The notes beneath the pieces are model-generated. The model was not told where the DNA came from and did no database searches. It saw only the letters and a program-made list of their open reading frames with translations. DNA of 64,000 nucleotides from a virus (Duplodnaviria; Heunggongvirae; Uroviricota; Caudoviricetes): IMG/VR virus record IMGVR_UViG_3300031418_000001. The stretch is one strand, 5' to 3'. Positions 54,599 through 63,870 of this stretch are shown one piece after another (within the stretch, counting starts at the first letter, position 1; each line of letters begins with the position of its first letter). The position numbers and the translations under genes are program-made.

Positions 54599-54841
54599 GT
54601 GTACATTCGTAATTTGATTTATACAGCTATATGTTTTGTGCTTTGTAGCGTGTTATTGTATGCTATGGCCTCTAACAATCCTGAACCAGACGTTCAGGTA
54701 CTCCAGCTTGAAGATATTATAACAAATCCACAGGACTTATCAGTACTACATAGCCTTGGAGTAAAAGGCTTCGTGTGCGTTAAAGAGAAGGGTTCTGATA
54801 AGGTTTTATGCTCCAAAAAACGCATACAGCCAGACGGCTGA
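54599..54841 (+). CDS. small secreted or membrane-anchored protein
   Basis: N-terminal hydrophobic segment, two C-terminal Cys; GTG start. Confidence 0.55.
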   Translation: MYIRNLIYTAICFVLCSVLLYAMASNNPEPDVQVLQLEDIITNPQDLSVLHSLGVKGFVCVKEKGSDKVLCSKKRIQPDG

Positions 54842-54926
54842 AAGATCAAAAAGTCAACGATTTCAAGCAGTTAAATTTCCAAAAAATAGTCCAAATGATA
54901 TTTCGTGAAAAAAATGATATTTTCCC

Positions 54927-54955
54927 TTGACCTCCCTAATAGGTATTGGTAAGAT
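54927..54955 (+). promoter_or_regulatory. canonical sigma70 promoter of the ter cluster
   Basis: TTGACC-N17-TAAGAT with extended TG. Confidence 0.7.
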
Positions 54956-54987
54956 ACAAGCACTTAAACAACGAGGAATTAAAAAAA

Positions 54988-55710
54988 ATGGCATTATCTC
55001 TGGATAAAGAGCAAACTAAAGTTAAACTATCACTGGAAAAAGTAACCAAAAAAGCGGTTCCACCAGTGCAGGTTAAACTTCTTACTGACGTTTCTGGTTC
55101 CATGCAGTCGAACTATGATAAGAATCGTGGTTACATGTATCCGATTCTTCAACGCAGTATTGCGATGGCAAGCATCATTGATCCTGATAAAGTAGTGCAG
55201 ATTATCGCCTTTGATACAAAGGCATACGAGCTGGGTGATTTCGGTGTTGATTCATTCGATAGCATCTGGAAAGAATTTGATTCAAAACGTTTTTGGGGCG
55301 GTACTGATTACTCAGCAGCCTTTAATAAAGTACTTGAAACTCGTACTCCATCAGTTACCAAAAAAGCAAAAGGTTTCTTTGGTAAACTGTTAGGTAAAAC
55401 TGAAACGGTGCAGGGTACTCCAAGTACTTCTGAACCTGAACTGATCATCTTCTTTACTGATGGTGCAGATGGTGGTTCTGACCGTGAATTTATTGAAGCA
55501 GTAAGTAAAGTACTTGATGAAAACACGTATCTAATGTGTATCGGTGCTGAGGGTGGTGAATATTATTATTCTAAACTCAATAAACTGGCTGATGAGCGTG
55601 ATAACGTTGGTTTTGTGTACTTTAAGGATGCAAAAAACTTGTCAGACGACACGTTTTATGATACCATTCTTTCCGGTGAGTTAGGCAAATGGTTGGAAAA
55701 ATTTGCTTAA
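54988..55710 (+). CDS. vWA-domain protein (TerF-associated type)
   Basis: MIDAS DVSGSM, GGTDYS, FFTDG. Confidence 0.85.
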   Translation: MALSLDKEQTKVKLSLEKVTKKAVPPVQVKLLTDVSGSMQSNYDKNRGYMYPILQRSIAMASIIDPDKVVQIIAFDTKAYELGDFGVDSFDSIWKEFDSKRFWGGTDYSAAFNKVLETRTPSVTKKAKGFFGKLLGKTETVQGTPSTSEPELIIFFTDGADGGSDREFIEAVSKVLDENTYLMCIGAEGGEYYYSKLNKLADERDNVGFVYFKDAKNLSDDTFYDTILSGELGKWLEKFA

Positions 55711-55789
55711 TTAAGTACTAAAAAATAAGCGGGAATAATAATGTTCCCGCACTAAAACAAAACACTTTACAAAAGGTTTAATACATAAA

Positions 55790-56848
55790 ATGAAAAGTAC
55801 TGTAAGTTACTTCCGTGGGGCGATTGCATTTCTCGTTGTGGGTATTGTTTTCTCCGCAGTTGATGGTTATATGTACGGTGGCATGGCGGCTGCAATTCCA
55901 GCAGTACTGACCATGTTGATGCTGGCAGGTCTGGAAATCAGTATGTCGTTTGATAATGCGGTAGTTAACGCAACTATCCTTCGTCATATGTCTCCATTCT
56001 GGCGTAAGATGTTCCTGACGATTGGTATGTTCATTGCAGTATTCGGTATGCGAGCATTCTTCCCGTTAGTTATTATTTCGGTAACTGCTGGTACTTCATT
56101 ACTGGAATCTGGAAAGATTGCATTGTTCGACCATGAACGGTTCCAATCTATTATGTTAGGTGCTCATATGAGTATCATGGGCTTCGGTGCTGCGTTCCTT
56201 CTGATGGTAGGTCTGAACTACTTCGTACAGAAAGAACATGAAACTATCTGGCTCCCGTTTGAAAAGTGGTTTGAAAAATTACCAGAAGGTATTGTTTCAC
56301 GTGTAGTAGTATTCTGGTTACTTCTTTCTCCAGTACTGGCAGGTGTGTACTTTACTCATCCAGCAGAGTTCTTTGGTTTCGCCAAATCAGTAGGTGTAGG
56401 TTTCGCATCTTATATGATTCTGGAAGGTATTAAACATGTAGTAGGTGGTGGTGATATTGCATCCCTTGCAGCTAAACATGGTATCCTTGCATTCTTGTGG
56501 CTGGAACTGATTGATGCTTCATTCTCTGTTGATGGTGTAGTAGGTGCATTCGCAATTACTAATGATCCGATTCTGATTATGATTGGTTGTGGTCTGGTTG
56601 GTGCAATGACAGTACGTGATGCAACTGTTTACCTGGTTGAAACGAACAAACTTGATTCATATGAGTTCCTTGAACCAGCAGCAATGTGGGCGATTATCGC
56701 ACTGGTTGCAATCATGTTTGTAAGTGCCTTTGGTATCGAAGTACCTGAAATTGTTGCTGGTGGTATCAGTATTGCAATCATCATTGCAGGTGTTGTATGC
56801 AGCATCCGTAAAAATGGCCTGCATTCACCGGTTTCAGTAACTGAATAA
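55790..56848 (+). CDS. TerC-family (DUF475-like) integral membrane protein
   Basis: LEISMSFDNAVVNA, DASFSVDGVVGAFA, multiple TM helices. Confidence 0.88.
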   Translation: MKSTVSYFRGAIAFLVVGIVFSAVDGYMYGGMAAAIPAVLTMLMLAGLEISMSFDNAVVNATILRHMSPFWRKMFLTIGMFIAVFGMRAFFPLVIISVTAGTSLLESGKIALFDHERFQSIMLGAHMSIMGFGAAFLLMVGLNYFVQKEHETIWLPFEKWFEKLPEGIVSRVVVFWLLLSPVLAGVYFTHPAEFFGFAKSVGVGFASYMILEGIKHVVGGGDIASLAAKHGILAFLWLELIDASFSVDGVVGAFAITNDPILIMIGCGLVGAMTVRDATVYLVETNKLDSYEFLEPAAMWAIIALVAIMFVSAFGIEVPEIVAGGISIAIIIAGVVCSIRKNGLHSPVSVTE

Positions 56849-56858
56849 CAAAAAGTAT

Positions 56859-56887
56859 TTGACAGAGTACGTGTGAAAGCGTACTCT
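56859..56887 (+). promoter_or_regulatory. sigma70 promoter overlapped by an inverted repeat
   Basis: TTGACA-N17-TACTCT; AGAGTACG-N8-CGTACTCT. Confidence 0.6.
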
Positions 56888-56945
56888 ATACCTGAACGAT
56901 AAAACTGTTAAACAAATTTAATTCTCACATATAAGGAATACAATC

Positions 56946-57527
56946 ATGGCTCTCAATCTCGTTAAAGGTTCTTCACTGCCAATCACCAAAGAAGACAACA
57001 CTCCGCTGAAAAAAGTACGTGTTAATCTGTCATGGAATCCAAACGAATCCAAATCACAACACGCTTTTGATCTGGATGTTATGTCTGCTGTATGTAAGAA
57101 TGAAGCACTGCAAGCGATTGGCGAATCACATATTGCATTCTTCAACCAGAAAAATACCCCAGCTATCATTGTTTCTCCTGATAGCCTGACTGGTGATGCT
57201 GCTGGCGTTGATGAATTCCTGATCATCAACCTGGAAGCGGCTGTAGCGGCTGGTGCAACACATATTCCAGTACTGGTAACTATCTACGGTGCTTCACGTA
57301 AAGGTCAGAACTTCTCAATGGTTGACGGTGCTACCGTTGAACTGGTTGACGAATCAACTGGTACTGTTCTTGGTTCTTGTAACATTACCGAACAGGGTTC
57401 TTCTACTGATGAATCTTTGCTGGTGGGTGTATTTGAGAAACAGGCTGATGGTACTTTCAAGTACAATCAAACCAATGAGTTCTTCGATAAATCTTTCGAA
57501 GAGTGGTTGAGCCTGATCAACTCCTAA
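56946..57527 (+). CDS. terD: TerD-family protein
   Basis: LNLVKG, LSW...FDLD, DSLTGDAAGVDE, GQNF. Confidence 0.85.
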   Translation: MALNLVKGSSLPITKEDNTPLKKVRVNLSWNPNESKSQHAFDLDVMSAVCKNEALQAIGESHIAFFNQKNTPAIIVSPDSLTGDAAGVDEFLIINLEAAVAAGATHIPVLVTIYGASRKGQNFSMVDGATVELVDESTGTVLGSCNITEQGSSTDESLLVGVFEKQADGTFKYNQTNEFFDKSFEEWLSLINS

Positions 57528-57537
57528 TCAGTAATAT

Positions 57538-57568
57538 AGGGGTACTATTAAGTACCCCATAATTTTTT
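57538..57568 (+). terminator. hairpin or terminator
   Basis: GGGGTACT-ATTA-AGTACCCC. Confidence 0.55.
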
Positions 57569-57611
57569 GAAAACAAATAATTAAGTACTAAAGACAAAAG
57601 GATATATTATT

Positions 57612-58196
57612 ATGGCCGGTTTATCTCTTGAAAAAAAGCAAAAAATGTCCCTCAACAAATCAAGCGGTACTACACTGAAACGTGTTCGTGCTGAACTTCG
57701 TTGGGATGCTCCTGAAAATACCCGCTTTGAATATGATGCCGATGCAAGTGCATTTGTATTGGATGCGAGCCAGAAAGCAGTAGAAAACTATAAACACTTT
57801 TGTTTTTACAGTCAGCCAAATACCCCAGCTATCGTAAGCTCTGGTGATAACCGTACTGGTGGTGGTGATGGCGAAGACCTGACCATTGACCTGACTAAAG
57901 TACCTTCTGCTGGTGAACATATCAGTATCGTTATTACCCTGCATGATGCTGCTGCACGTGGTCAGAACCTGTCACAGATCGCAAATGGTTCACTGACTCT
58001 GGTAGATGATGAATCAGGTAAAGCACTGGCTCACGTGGTACTGGATATGAACACTGTAACACGCTCTGATATTTCTATGCTGTTCGTAATGCTTCATCGC
58101 AACGGTTCAGATTGGGATATTGAGAACGTAACTCAGGGCTATCCACAAGATCTGTCTTCATGGGTTGATTTGTACGGAATTGACTTGAACAAATAA
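57612..58196 (+). CDS. terD: TerD-family protein
   Basis: YDADASAF, GDNRTGGGDGE, HDAAARGQN. Confidence 0.9.
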   Translation: MAGLSLEKKQKMSLNKSSGTTLKRVRAELRWDAPENTRFEYDADASAFVLDASQKAVENYKHFCFYSQPNTPAIVSSGDNRTGGGDGEDLTIDLTKVPSAGEHISIVITLHDAAARGQNLSQIANGSLTLVDDESGKALAHVVLDMNTVTRSDISMLFVMLHRNGSDWDIENVTQGYPQDLSSWVDLYGIDLNK

Positions 58197-58258
58197 GCCA
58201 AAGGTAGTATTATTAGTGGGTGCTGAGAAGCATCCACTTTTTCATAAGGATAGCAGTA

Positions 58259-59251
58259 ATGAGTACAGATTATAAAAACCTTTTTAATAAAAACAAAAAA
58301 GATTATTCTAATCTGTTTTCAGACTCTAACACGAAAGATGAACTTCAGGACTCAAAGATGGCATACAAAACCCTATTTGGAAGTACTGAACCTGAAAAGA
58401 AAGAAGATAATGTAAGTACTGATAAAAAGAAATATGGTAATATGTTTGGTTCTTCAAAACCAAGTAAGCCAGTTTTCCCACCTGTGCAAAGTGCACCAGT
58501 ACCTACACCAGTTAAGAAAAGCTATGTCCCTGAACGTAAAGTAGATCCACGATTTGCAGAAATTGCTGTGATTGATGATACTGTACCAGGTAACACTGTA
58601 ATTATGTGGCTTGATAACTTTGAACATCTTCTATCTGAATTGGGTACTAACAACCAAAAATTAGCAGATGAAGAATTAACTCTTACCCAAGAATTCATTG
58701 AAGAACGATCTGGAATTCAGGATGCATTCAGTGGTATCAAAGAATTATTATCTACATTGAAAGCACCTGAGAAAAAGAAAGGCATTCTCAGTAAATTCTT
58801 TGGTTCTGATGAACCTGAATTTGTAATTACTCGTACTATGATTGATGAAGTAATTACAGGTATTCGTGAGTTAATTAAAACGCAGAACAACAAGCAGAAA
58901 TATGGTGGTAAGATCTTTTTAAAATCAAAATTAGATCAAATGGCTACCCGTATTGCTGATATGAAATTAAATGCACAATGTGCTTATGTAGCATGTAAGT
59001 ACTTAGCTGATCGTGGTGATTATAAAGCAGAAGTACGTTTAGAACGTATAGCTAAAATTAACCAGATTATTACTATATCAGAATTGTCTTTGTTGGATTC
59101 ATATAAAAAGCTCAGTTTAGATCTTGAGAAATATGAAGACCTGAAACAAACAACTGTTCCAGTACTGTACATTAAGCTACAGAATCTCATGAATAATACA
59201 TTAGATCCTGATGCAATGAATCTTATCAACAAAATTGATGAACTTAATTGA
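58259..59251 (+). CDS. hypothetical helical protein with N-terminal YxxLF repeats
   Basis: YKNLF, YSNLF, YKTLF, YGNMF, then a Pro-rich linker and helical domain. Confidence 0.7.
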   Translation: MSTDYKNLFNKNKKDYSNLFSDSNTKDELQDSKMAYKTLFGSTEPEKKEDNVSTDKKKYGNMFGSSKPSKPVFPPVQSAPVPTPVKKSYVPERKVDPRFAEIAVIDDTVPGNTVIMWLDNFEHLLSELGTNNQKLADEELTLTQEFIEERSGIQDAFSGIKELLSTLKAPEKKKGILSKFFGSDEPEFVITRTMIDEVITGIRELIKTQNNKQKYGGKIFLKSKLDQMATRIADMKLNAQCAYVACKYLADRGDYKAEVRLERIAKINQIITISELSLLDSYKKLSLDLEKYEDLKQTTVPVLYIKLQNLMNNTLDPDAMNLINKIDELN

Positions 59252-59261
59252 GGAAATATAA

Positions 59262-60344
59262 ATGGCATACGGCAATCTCTTTAATAATGATTCTAAACCT
59301 GTTAAAACGGTAGAAAGTACTAAAGTACTGGAAGGTACTTTTGAACCAGCACAAAAACAACTTCCATCAGTACTGACTGATTCCGATGGTCGTTCTTTCA
59401 ATATGTCTATTTCCGAGATCTCTAAGTTCGGTACAGTACGTGCTCAGAACAGTACTGACCTGAACAACCAGTTACTTAAGAAAACAATGGTAGCTGATAG
59501 TGGTGTAATGGGCCAGAACATGATGCAGGTAATGGCACTGACCGAAAAGGTTGATCTGGATGCACTGAGTGATAATGGTCTTTTCAGTAAAATCCGTAAC
59601 CGCTTCCAGGATGCTAAACTTCGTGTTAAAGCACAGTACACCACTGTAGAAGGTCAGATTGACGATGTAGTTAAGAAACTGACTACTGACATTGAATCAA
59701 TGCGTCAGGAAGCTGACTGGCTGCAAAAAGTATATGAAGCCAACAAAGTTGATATTGCGGGTTTTGAAAAAGATCTTCAGGTAATGCAGAACTTTATGAA
59801 GGACTGCGAAGACCATGTACTGTACCTTCAGAACAGTAATGCAAGTACTAACGATGTTGAAGAAGCACGTCTTCTTCTGAATGCAGTAAGTCGTCAGGTT
59901 GATGTACTTGTTAAGATGAAATCAATTGCTGATCTTACTGCTCCAGAAGTTCGTTCTTTACAGGTATCTAATGTACAGAACATTGAGAAGTTCAATACTA
60001 TTATTACTGCTACTATTCCTATCTGGAAAAAGCAGATGAATATTGCACTTCAGGCTAATCTGGATCGTGAACGTATTGCATATGGCAATAAGCTGGATAA
60101 CTTTACCGATGACCTGATCCGTAATACTGCTAAGCAGGTTGGTCAGAATATGATCGAAAGTACTAAAGCATCACAAAGTAATGTTGCAAGTGCAGATGCG
60201 ATTATCGAAGCTACTGCTTCTCTTACCCGCGATATTCAGGAAAGTATTAAACTGGAAAAAGCTGGTCATGAAACTCGCAAACAGAATGCTGCTAAAATTC
60301 ATGCTGCTGTCGGTGATATGAAACAAGCTCTACGTGGTGTTTAA
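59262..60344 (+). CDS. TelA/KlaA toxic anion resistance family protein
   Basis: ISKFG, YTTVEGQIDDVV, TIPIWKKQM, DDLIRNTA. Confidence 0.85.
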   Translation: MAYGNLFNNDSKPVKTVESTKVLEGTFEPAQKQLPSVLTDSDGRSFNMSISEISKFGTVRAQNSTDLNNQLLKKTMVADSGVMGQNMMQVMALTEKVDLDALSDNGLFSKIRNRFQDAKLRVKAQYTTVEGQIDDVVKKLTTDIESMRQEADWLQKVYEANKVDIAGFEKDLQVMQNFMKDCEDHVLYLQNSNASTNDVEEARLLLNAVSRQVDVLVKMKSIADLTAPEVRSLQVSNVQNIEKFNTIITATIPIWKKQMNIALQANLDRERIAYGNKLDNFTDDLIRNTAKQVGQNMIESTKASQSNVASADAIIEATASLTRDIQESIKLEKAGHETRKQNAAKIHAAVGDMKQALRGV

Positions 60345-60358
60345 TTACAAGTACTGAT

Positions 60359-60384
60359 AAAAAACCCCGCATTGCGGGGTTTTT
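60359..60384 (+). terminator. intrinsic terminator
   Basis: AAAACCCCGC-ATT-GCGGGGTTTTT. Confidence 0.85.
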
Positions 60385-60399
60385 CTTTATGGTGAGATA

Positions 60400-60687
60400 A
60401 TGATAGGTTCATTTTATATCGGCAAGAAAACATTCAAATTCATTAAGAACTATGTCTTTGGGTGGGATGTAACGGATCTCCGTAATAAAGAAAATGTAGT
60501 TATACGTTACTTACATAAAAAGTATGATGAGTTTACAGTACTTATTATCCTTGCATGTATTGGTGGTATCTTTAATATAATTCTCGGTTTATTTTGTGGT
60601 AAAATCGGTGAGATTATATCAACGATTGATATTCTATTAAGTATTCTAAGTGCTTATTTCATTGTAAAAGAAAGTGAGGGTGTATGA
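60400..60687 (+). CDS. membrane protein
   Basis: Two hydrophobic segments. Confidence 0.65.
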   Translation: MIGSFYIGKKTFKFIKNYVFGWDVTDLRNKENVVIRYLHKKYDEFTVLIILACIGGIFNIILGLFCGKIGEIISTIDILLSILSAYFIVKESEGV

Positions 60688-61049
60688 TCTGGTTTGTATT
60701 ATTTCAACTAATTGGTTTTGCTGCTGTTATTGGTTTATGGTTTTTATATGGTAAGTACTTCCATAAATCTCCAGGTGAATCATGGTATGACGTGATTCTT
60801 GATAATATTAAGAAGTTCTTCGTAAGTTTCTTCGTTATGTTCTGTCTTCTTTGTGTTGTTATGGCTAAACCATTATATAACACAGGAAAATGTTCTATTC
60901 ATGGTACAAGCATGAATGCTAATACTAAGTACTCATGGGTTATGGGAACTTGTTTAATGGAAACTAAAAACAAATCATGGATTCCAGTTAAAATTACCCG
61001 TGGTGTACCGGACGGTGCTGATAATGATCATGATGGTTATCCAGACTAA
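60684..61049 (+). CDS. membrane protein
   Basis: Two TM segments followed by a Cys-containing domain. Confidence 0.7.
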   Translation: MIWFVLFQLIGFAAVIGLWFLYGKYFHKSPGESWYDVILDNIKKFFVSFFVMFCLLCVVMAKPLYNTGKCSIHGTSMNANTKYSWVMGTCLMETKNKSWIPVKITRGVPDGADNDHDGYPD

Positions 61050-61060
61050 GGTTAATTAAA

Positions 61061-61291
61061 ATGTCCAGAAGTTATAGAGATAAAGAAAGATTAGAAAGCC
61101 GGAAAGCAGATATTGAAATCGGTGATGCATTAAATAGCTTACACCATGATGATCTTGCTCAACGATATGTTAAAGCTAAAAGTACTAAAACTATCTATCG
61201 TTTCGGTAATAAAAGAAAAACCGTAGCCAAAGAAAAAATCCAGGCACGTAGAACACAACGTAAAAAGGATAATGATATAAATGATTATTAG
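61061..61291 (+). CDS. small basic hypothetical protein
   Basis: 76 aa ORF with RBS. Confidence 0.65.
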   Translation: MSRSYRDKERLESRKADIEIGDALNSLHHDDLAQRYVKAKSTKTIYRFGNKRKTVAKEKIQARRTQRKKDNDINDY

Positions 61292-61472
61292 TCTTTTATA
61301 TGCAACAATAACAATGATTCTAATTGTGTTTTGTACTGTTTTCGTCTGTTACTGTATATTTTGTATAATTGTTGGTGCAGCATTAGCAGTATACTACGTT
61401 GCACTGATAATTTATAAACTTATCCGTAAAGTACTTAATAAAAGAACCAGTAAATTACGTAACAACAGATAA
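61281..61472 (+). CDS. small membrane protein
   Basis: Long hydrophobic stretch and basic tail. Confidence 0.55.
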   Translation: MIISLLYATITMILIVFCTVFVCYCIFCIIVGAALAVYYVALIIYKLIRKVLNKRTSKLRNNR

Positions 61473-61492
61473 AGAGGCTTCGGCCTCTTTTT
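61471..61492 (+). terminator. intrinsic terminator with UUCG loop
   Basis: AAAGAGGC-TTCG-GCCTCTTTTT. Confidence 0.85.
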
Positions 61493-61508
61493 CCACATGG
61501 TAAGTTAG

Positions 61509-61994
61509 ATGAAATTAGAAGATCAAATTAAAGTACTGGATGAAGTACTACAATCCATGAAACCAGCAAAAGATAGTTTTAATCCTATTATATCACTTGC
61601 ACCATATCAAAAAAGAAATATTGGTGGTGTGGTTATAGTTGAATTTGATTCAAGAAAATATCAAAATTTTAATTGGGATGTTTGGCGTATCAATGACAAT
61701 ACCCATTATTTTTGTATTGCTATTAATGACAGATTTTATGACTTATCTGTTATGATTACAGAAAAATATAGTGAAGATTATAGTTTATATATTAGATATA
61801 ATTTAATTGACATGAGATTTTATGTTGGTGAAAGATATCGTGATGATGACAATAAAATTTCATTTGATGAAAAACCTAATAAAGAAGATCTTTTTAATTT
61901 ATCTCTTGGATATGACAAAGTACACGAAGCATTTGAAATACTCAATATTGCAATTAAAAATAAAGACATGTTTATGCGGGATTTAAAAGGATAA
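61509..61994 (+). CDS. hypothetical protein
   Basis: 161 aa ORF. Confidence 0.65.
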   Translation: MKLEDQIKVLDEVLQSMKPAKDSFNPIISLAPYQKRNIGGVVIVEFDSRKYQNFNWDVWRINDNTHYFCIAINDRFYDLSVMITEKYSEDYSLYIRYNLIDMRFYVGERYRDDDNKISFDEKPNKEDLFNLSLGYDKVHEAFEILNIAIKNKDMFMRDLKG

Positions 61995-61997
61995 TTT

Positions 61998-62186
61998 ATG
62001 TTTATTTTAGTACTTAAAATATTATTAGCATACCTGTGTATTGGTATTGTATTTCTGTTAATACGGAACCTTATACAGATGATTATGTACGGTATAGGTA
62101 TGGGATTGATGTACATTTGCAAGTACTCTTATATCGGTCTTAAACGTGGATTTTTATATATTCGGGAGAAATTCTTTAAATTATAA
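61998..62186 (+). CDS. small membrane protein
   Basis: Hydrophobic 62 aa ORF with AAGGA RBS. Confidence 0.55.
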   Translation: MFILVLKILLAYLCIGIVFLLIRNLIQMIMYGIGMGLMYICKYSYIGLKRGFLYIREKFFKL

Positions 62187-62197
62187 GATGAGGTATT

Positions 62198-62695
62198 ATG
62201 TTTGTTTTTGAAGATGAAGAACCAGAAGAATTATATGATCCTGAACTGGATGGTATCAGTCATATAAACACTTACTCAAAAGGTAAAACTGAACTTGGAC
62301 GAATGTTATCGAATTTCTACTATGCACCATTTGAGCATCCAGAATACGGTAAATTCGACTCAGTAGAAGGTTTCTGGTACTGGTATCAGACAGGCCAGCA
62401 ACATGAAGTACTGCGTACCCTGCACGGTTATAAAGCTAAGCAGGAAGGTAAGAAGTATGAAAGGGTCGATATTGACGTTGAGTACTTCTATGAAAAAGTC
62501 CTTGAATGCATAGGATTGAAGATCATAAATAGTCCAGAAATTTATGAAGCATTAAAGTTAAGTACTCTTCCATTTGTACATTATTACCGGTATGGTGACG
62601 AGAATCCTAAAGTCATTAAAGTACCGTGCGAATGGATGATGAACGGAATTAACAATATTAGATTTATTATTAAACAACATGGAGCTATACAATGA
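62198..62695 (+). CDS. NADAR / T4 gp30.3-like protein
   Basis: LSNFYYAPF...FDSVEGFW...AKQEGK. Confidence 0.6.
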   Translation: MFVFEDEEPEELYDPELDGISHINTYSKGKTELGRMLSNFYYAPFEHPEYGKFDSVEGFWYWYQTGQQHEVLRTLHGYKAKQEGKKYERVDIDVEYFYEKVLECIGLKIINSPEIYEALKLSTLPFVHYYRYGDENPKVIKVPCEWMMNGINNIRFIIKQHGAIQ

Positions 62696-63831
62696 AAAGT
62701 ACTAAAACATACCAAGAAGCAATTGAATTCCTAAACAAACTACCACTTGGTACTTCAGAACTTGATGTAATTATTAACTACTCTAAAGATAATGTAGATA
62801 TTCATTTTAAACAGGATGAAGGTAGTGCAATTCCGCATTTCATTCACTCTAAAGCTATCCAGTACATTGAAGATATTGACAAAGCTATTCGCAAAGAGCA
62901 TGAAGTTCCGCTAAAAGCAGTTGACACTCGTAAATCTCTCAGTACTCAATCTTATTCGTTGAAGACTGCTCTTGAACTACTTAAACATTCTTATGATATT
63001 AAATTCAATGAACTTGAGATTCACGTTCATCCTAAATCAGTAACAGTCATTTCCAGACAAAATAACGAAGAACTACCATTTATTCCTGAAAATGGAGTTA
63101 AATTACTTCTTGATTCTGGTATTCAAAGAATTGAAGATGCATTAAAAGTACTCCAGGAAAAAGAGAAAAAAGATCAACGTCTTTTTGAAGAAACGTTAAA
63201 AGAAAGTCCACTACCTAAAGTAAAAGACTTTTTTGAGAATTTAATGTCTAAACTGGATAATATTGATATGTCTCCAATTGAAAGCATTCGTGAGAAAGCA
63301 GAACAACTAATCAAAGATCAATGTTACGATAAATGGGATGATACACCATTTGGTCGTTCTGTTGTTGAAATGAAAAAGTTACTTGAATCACTTGATTCCA
63401 TCACTGAAGATTCATACTTCGAGAAAATTAAAAGTAAATTGCAGTCTTATAATCGCCAAGTAATCGCCCTGAATGATTCTCGTAAAGAACTTGATAAGCT
63501 ATTCTCTGAACTACCAAATAAGGATAAGTTCAGTGTTAACTATGATCAAGCTGGATTTGTTGATATTGTACAAGTACCATTAGTATCTTTCATTAAGCGT
63601 ACTGGTATTCGTTATGCTAATGCAGAAGGTACTAAAATTGAAGGTTTTGTTTATGAAATTCAAGCTGATGGTAGTTATATTGAATTACTTCAGTATGACG
63701 TAAATTCTATTAATTACTTCAATGATGACATTATTGTTGCTGAAGAAAAAGTACCATTCGAACGCTTCACGATCACCAAGTCAGGAAACCGTACATTTGC
63801 AGTCGAAGTCATTGACACGCCAGTGTTTTAA
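62692..63831 (+). CDS. hypothetical protein
   Basis: 379 aa ORF with GGAG RBS. Confidence 0.7.
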   Translation: MKSTKTYQEAIEFLNKLPLGTSELDVIINYSKDNVDIHFKQDEGSAIPHFIHSKAIQYIEDIDKAIRKEHEVPLKAVDTRKSLSTQSYSLKTALELLKHSYDIKFNELEIHVHPKSVTVISRQNNEELPFIPENGVKLLLDSGIQRIEDALKVLQEKEKKDQRLFEETLKESPLPKVKDFFENLMSKLDNIDMSPIESIREKAEQLIKDQCYDKWDDTPFGRSVVEMKKLLESLDSITEDSYFEKIKSKLQSYNRQVIALNDSRKELDKLFSELPNKDKFSVNYDQAGFVDIVQVPLVSFIKRTGIRYANAEGTKIEGFVYEIQADGSYIELLQYDVNSINYFNDDIIVAEEKVPFERFTITKSGNRTFAVEVIDTPVF

Positions 63832-63870
63832 ATGGTAAAATTCCCCATCAATTCAAAGGTGGGGATAAAA

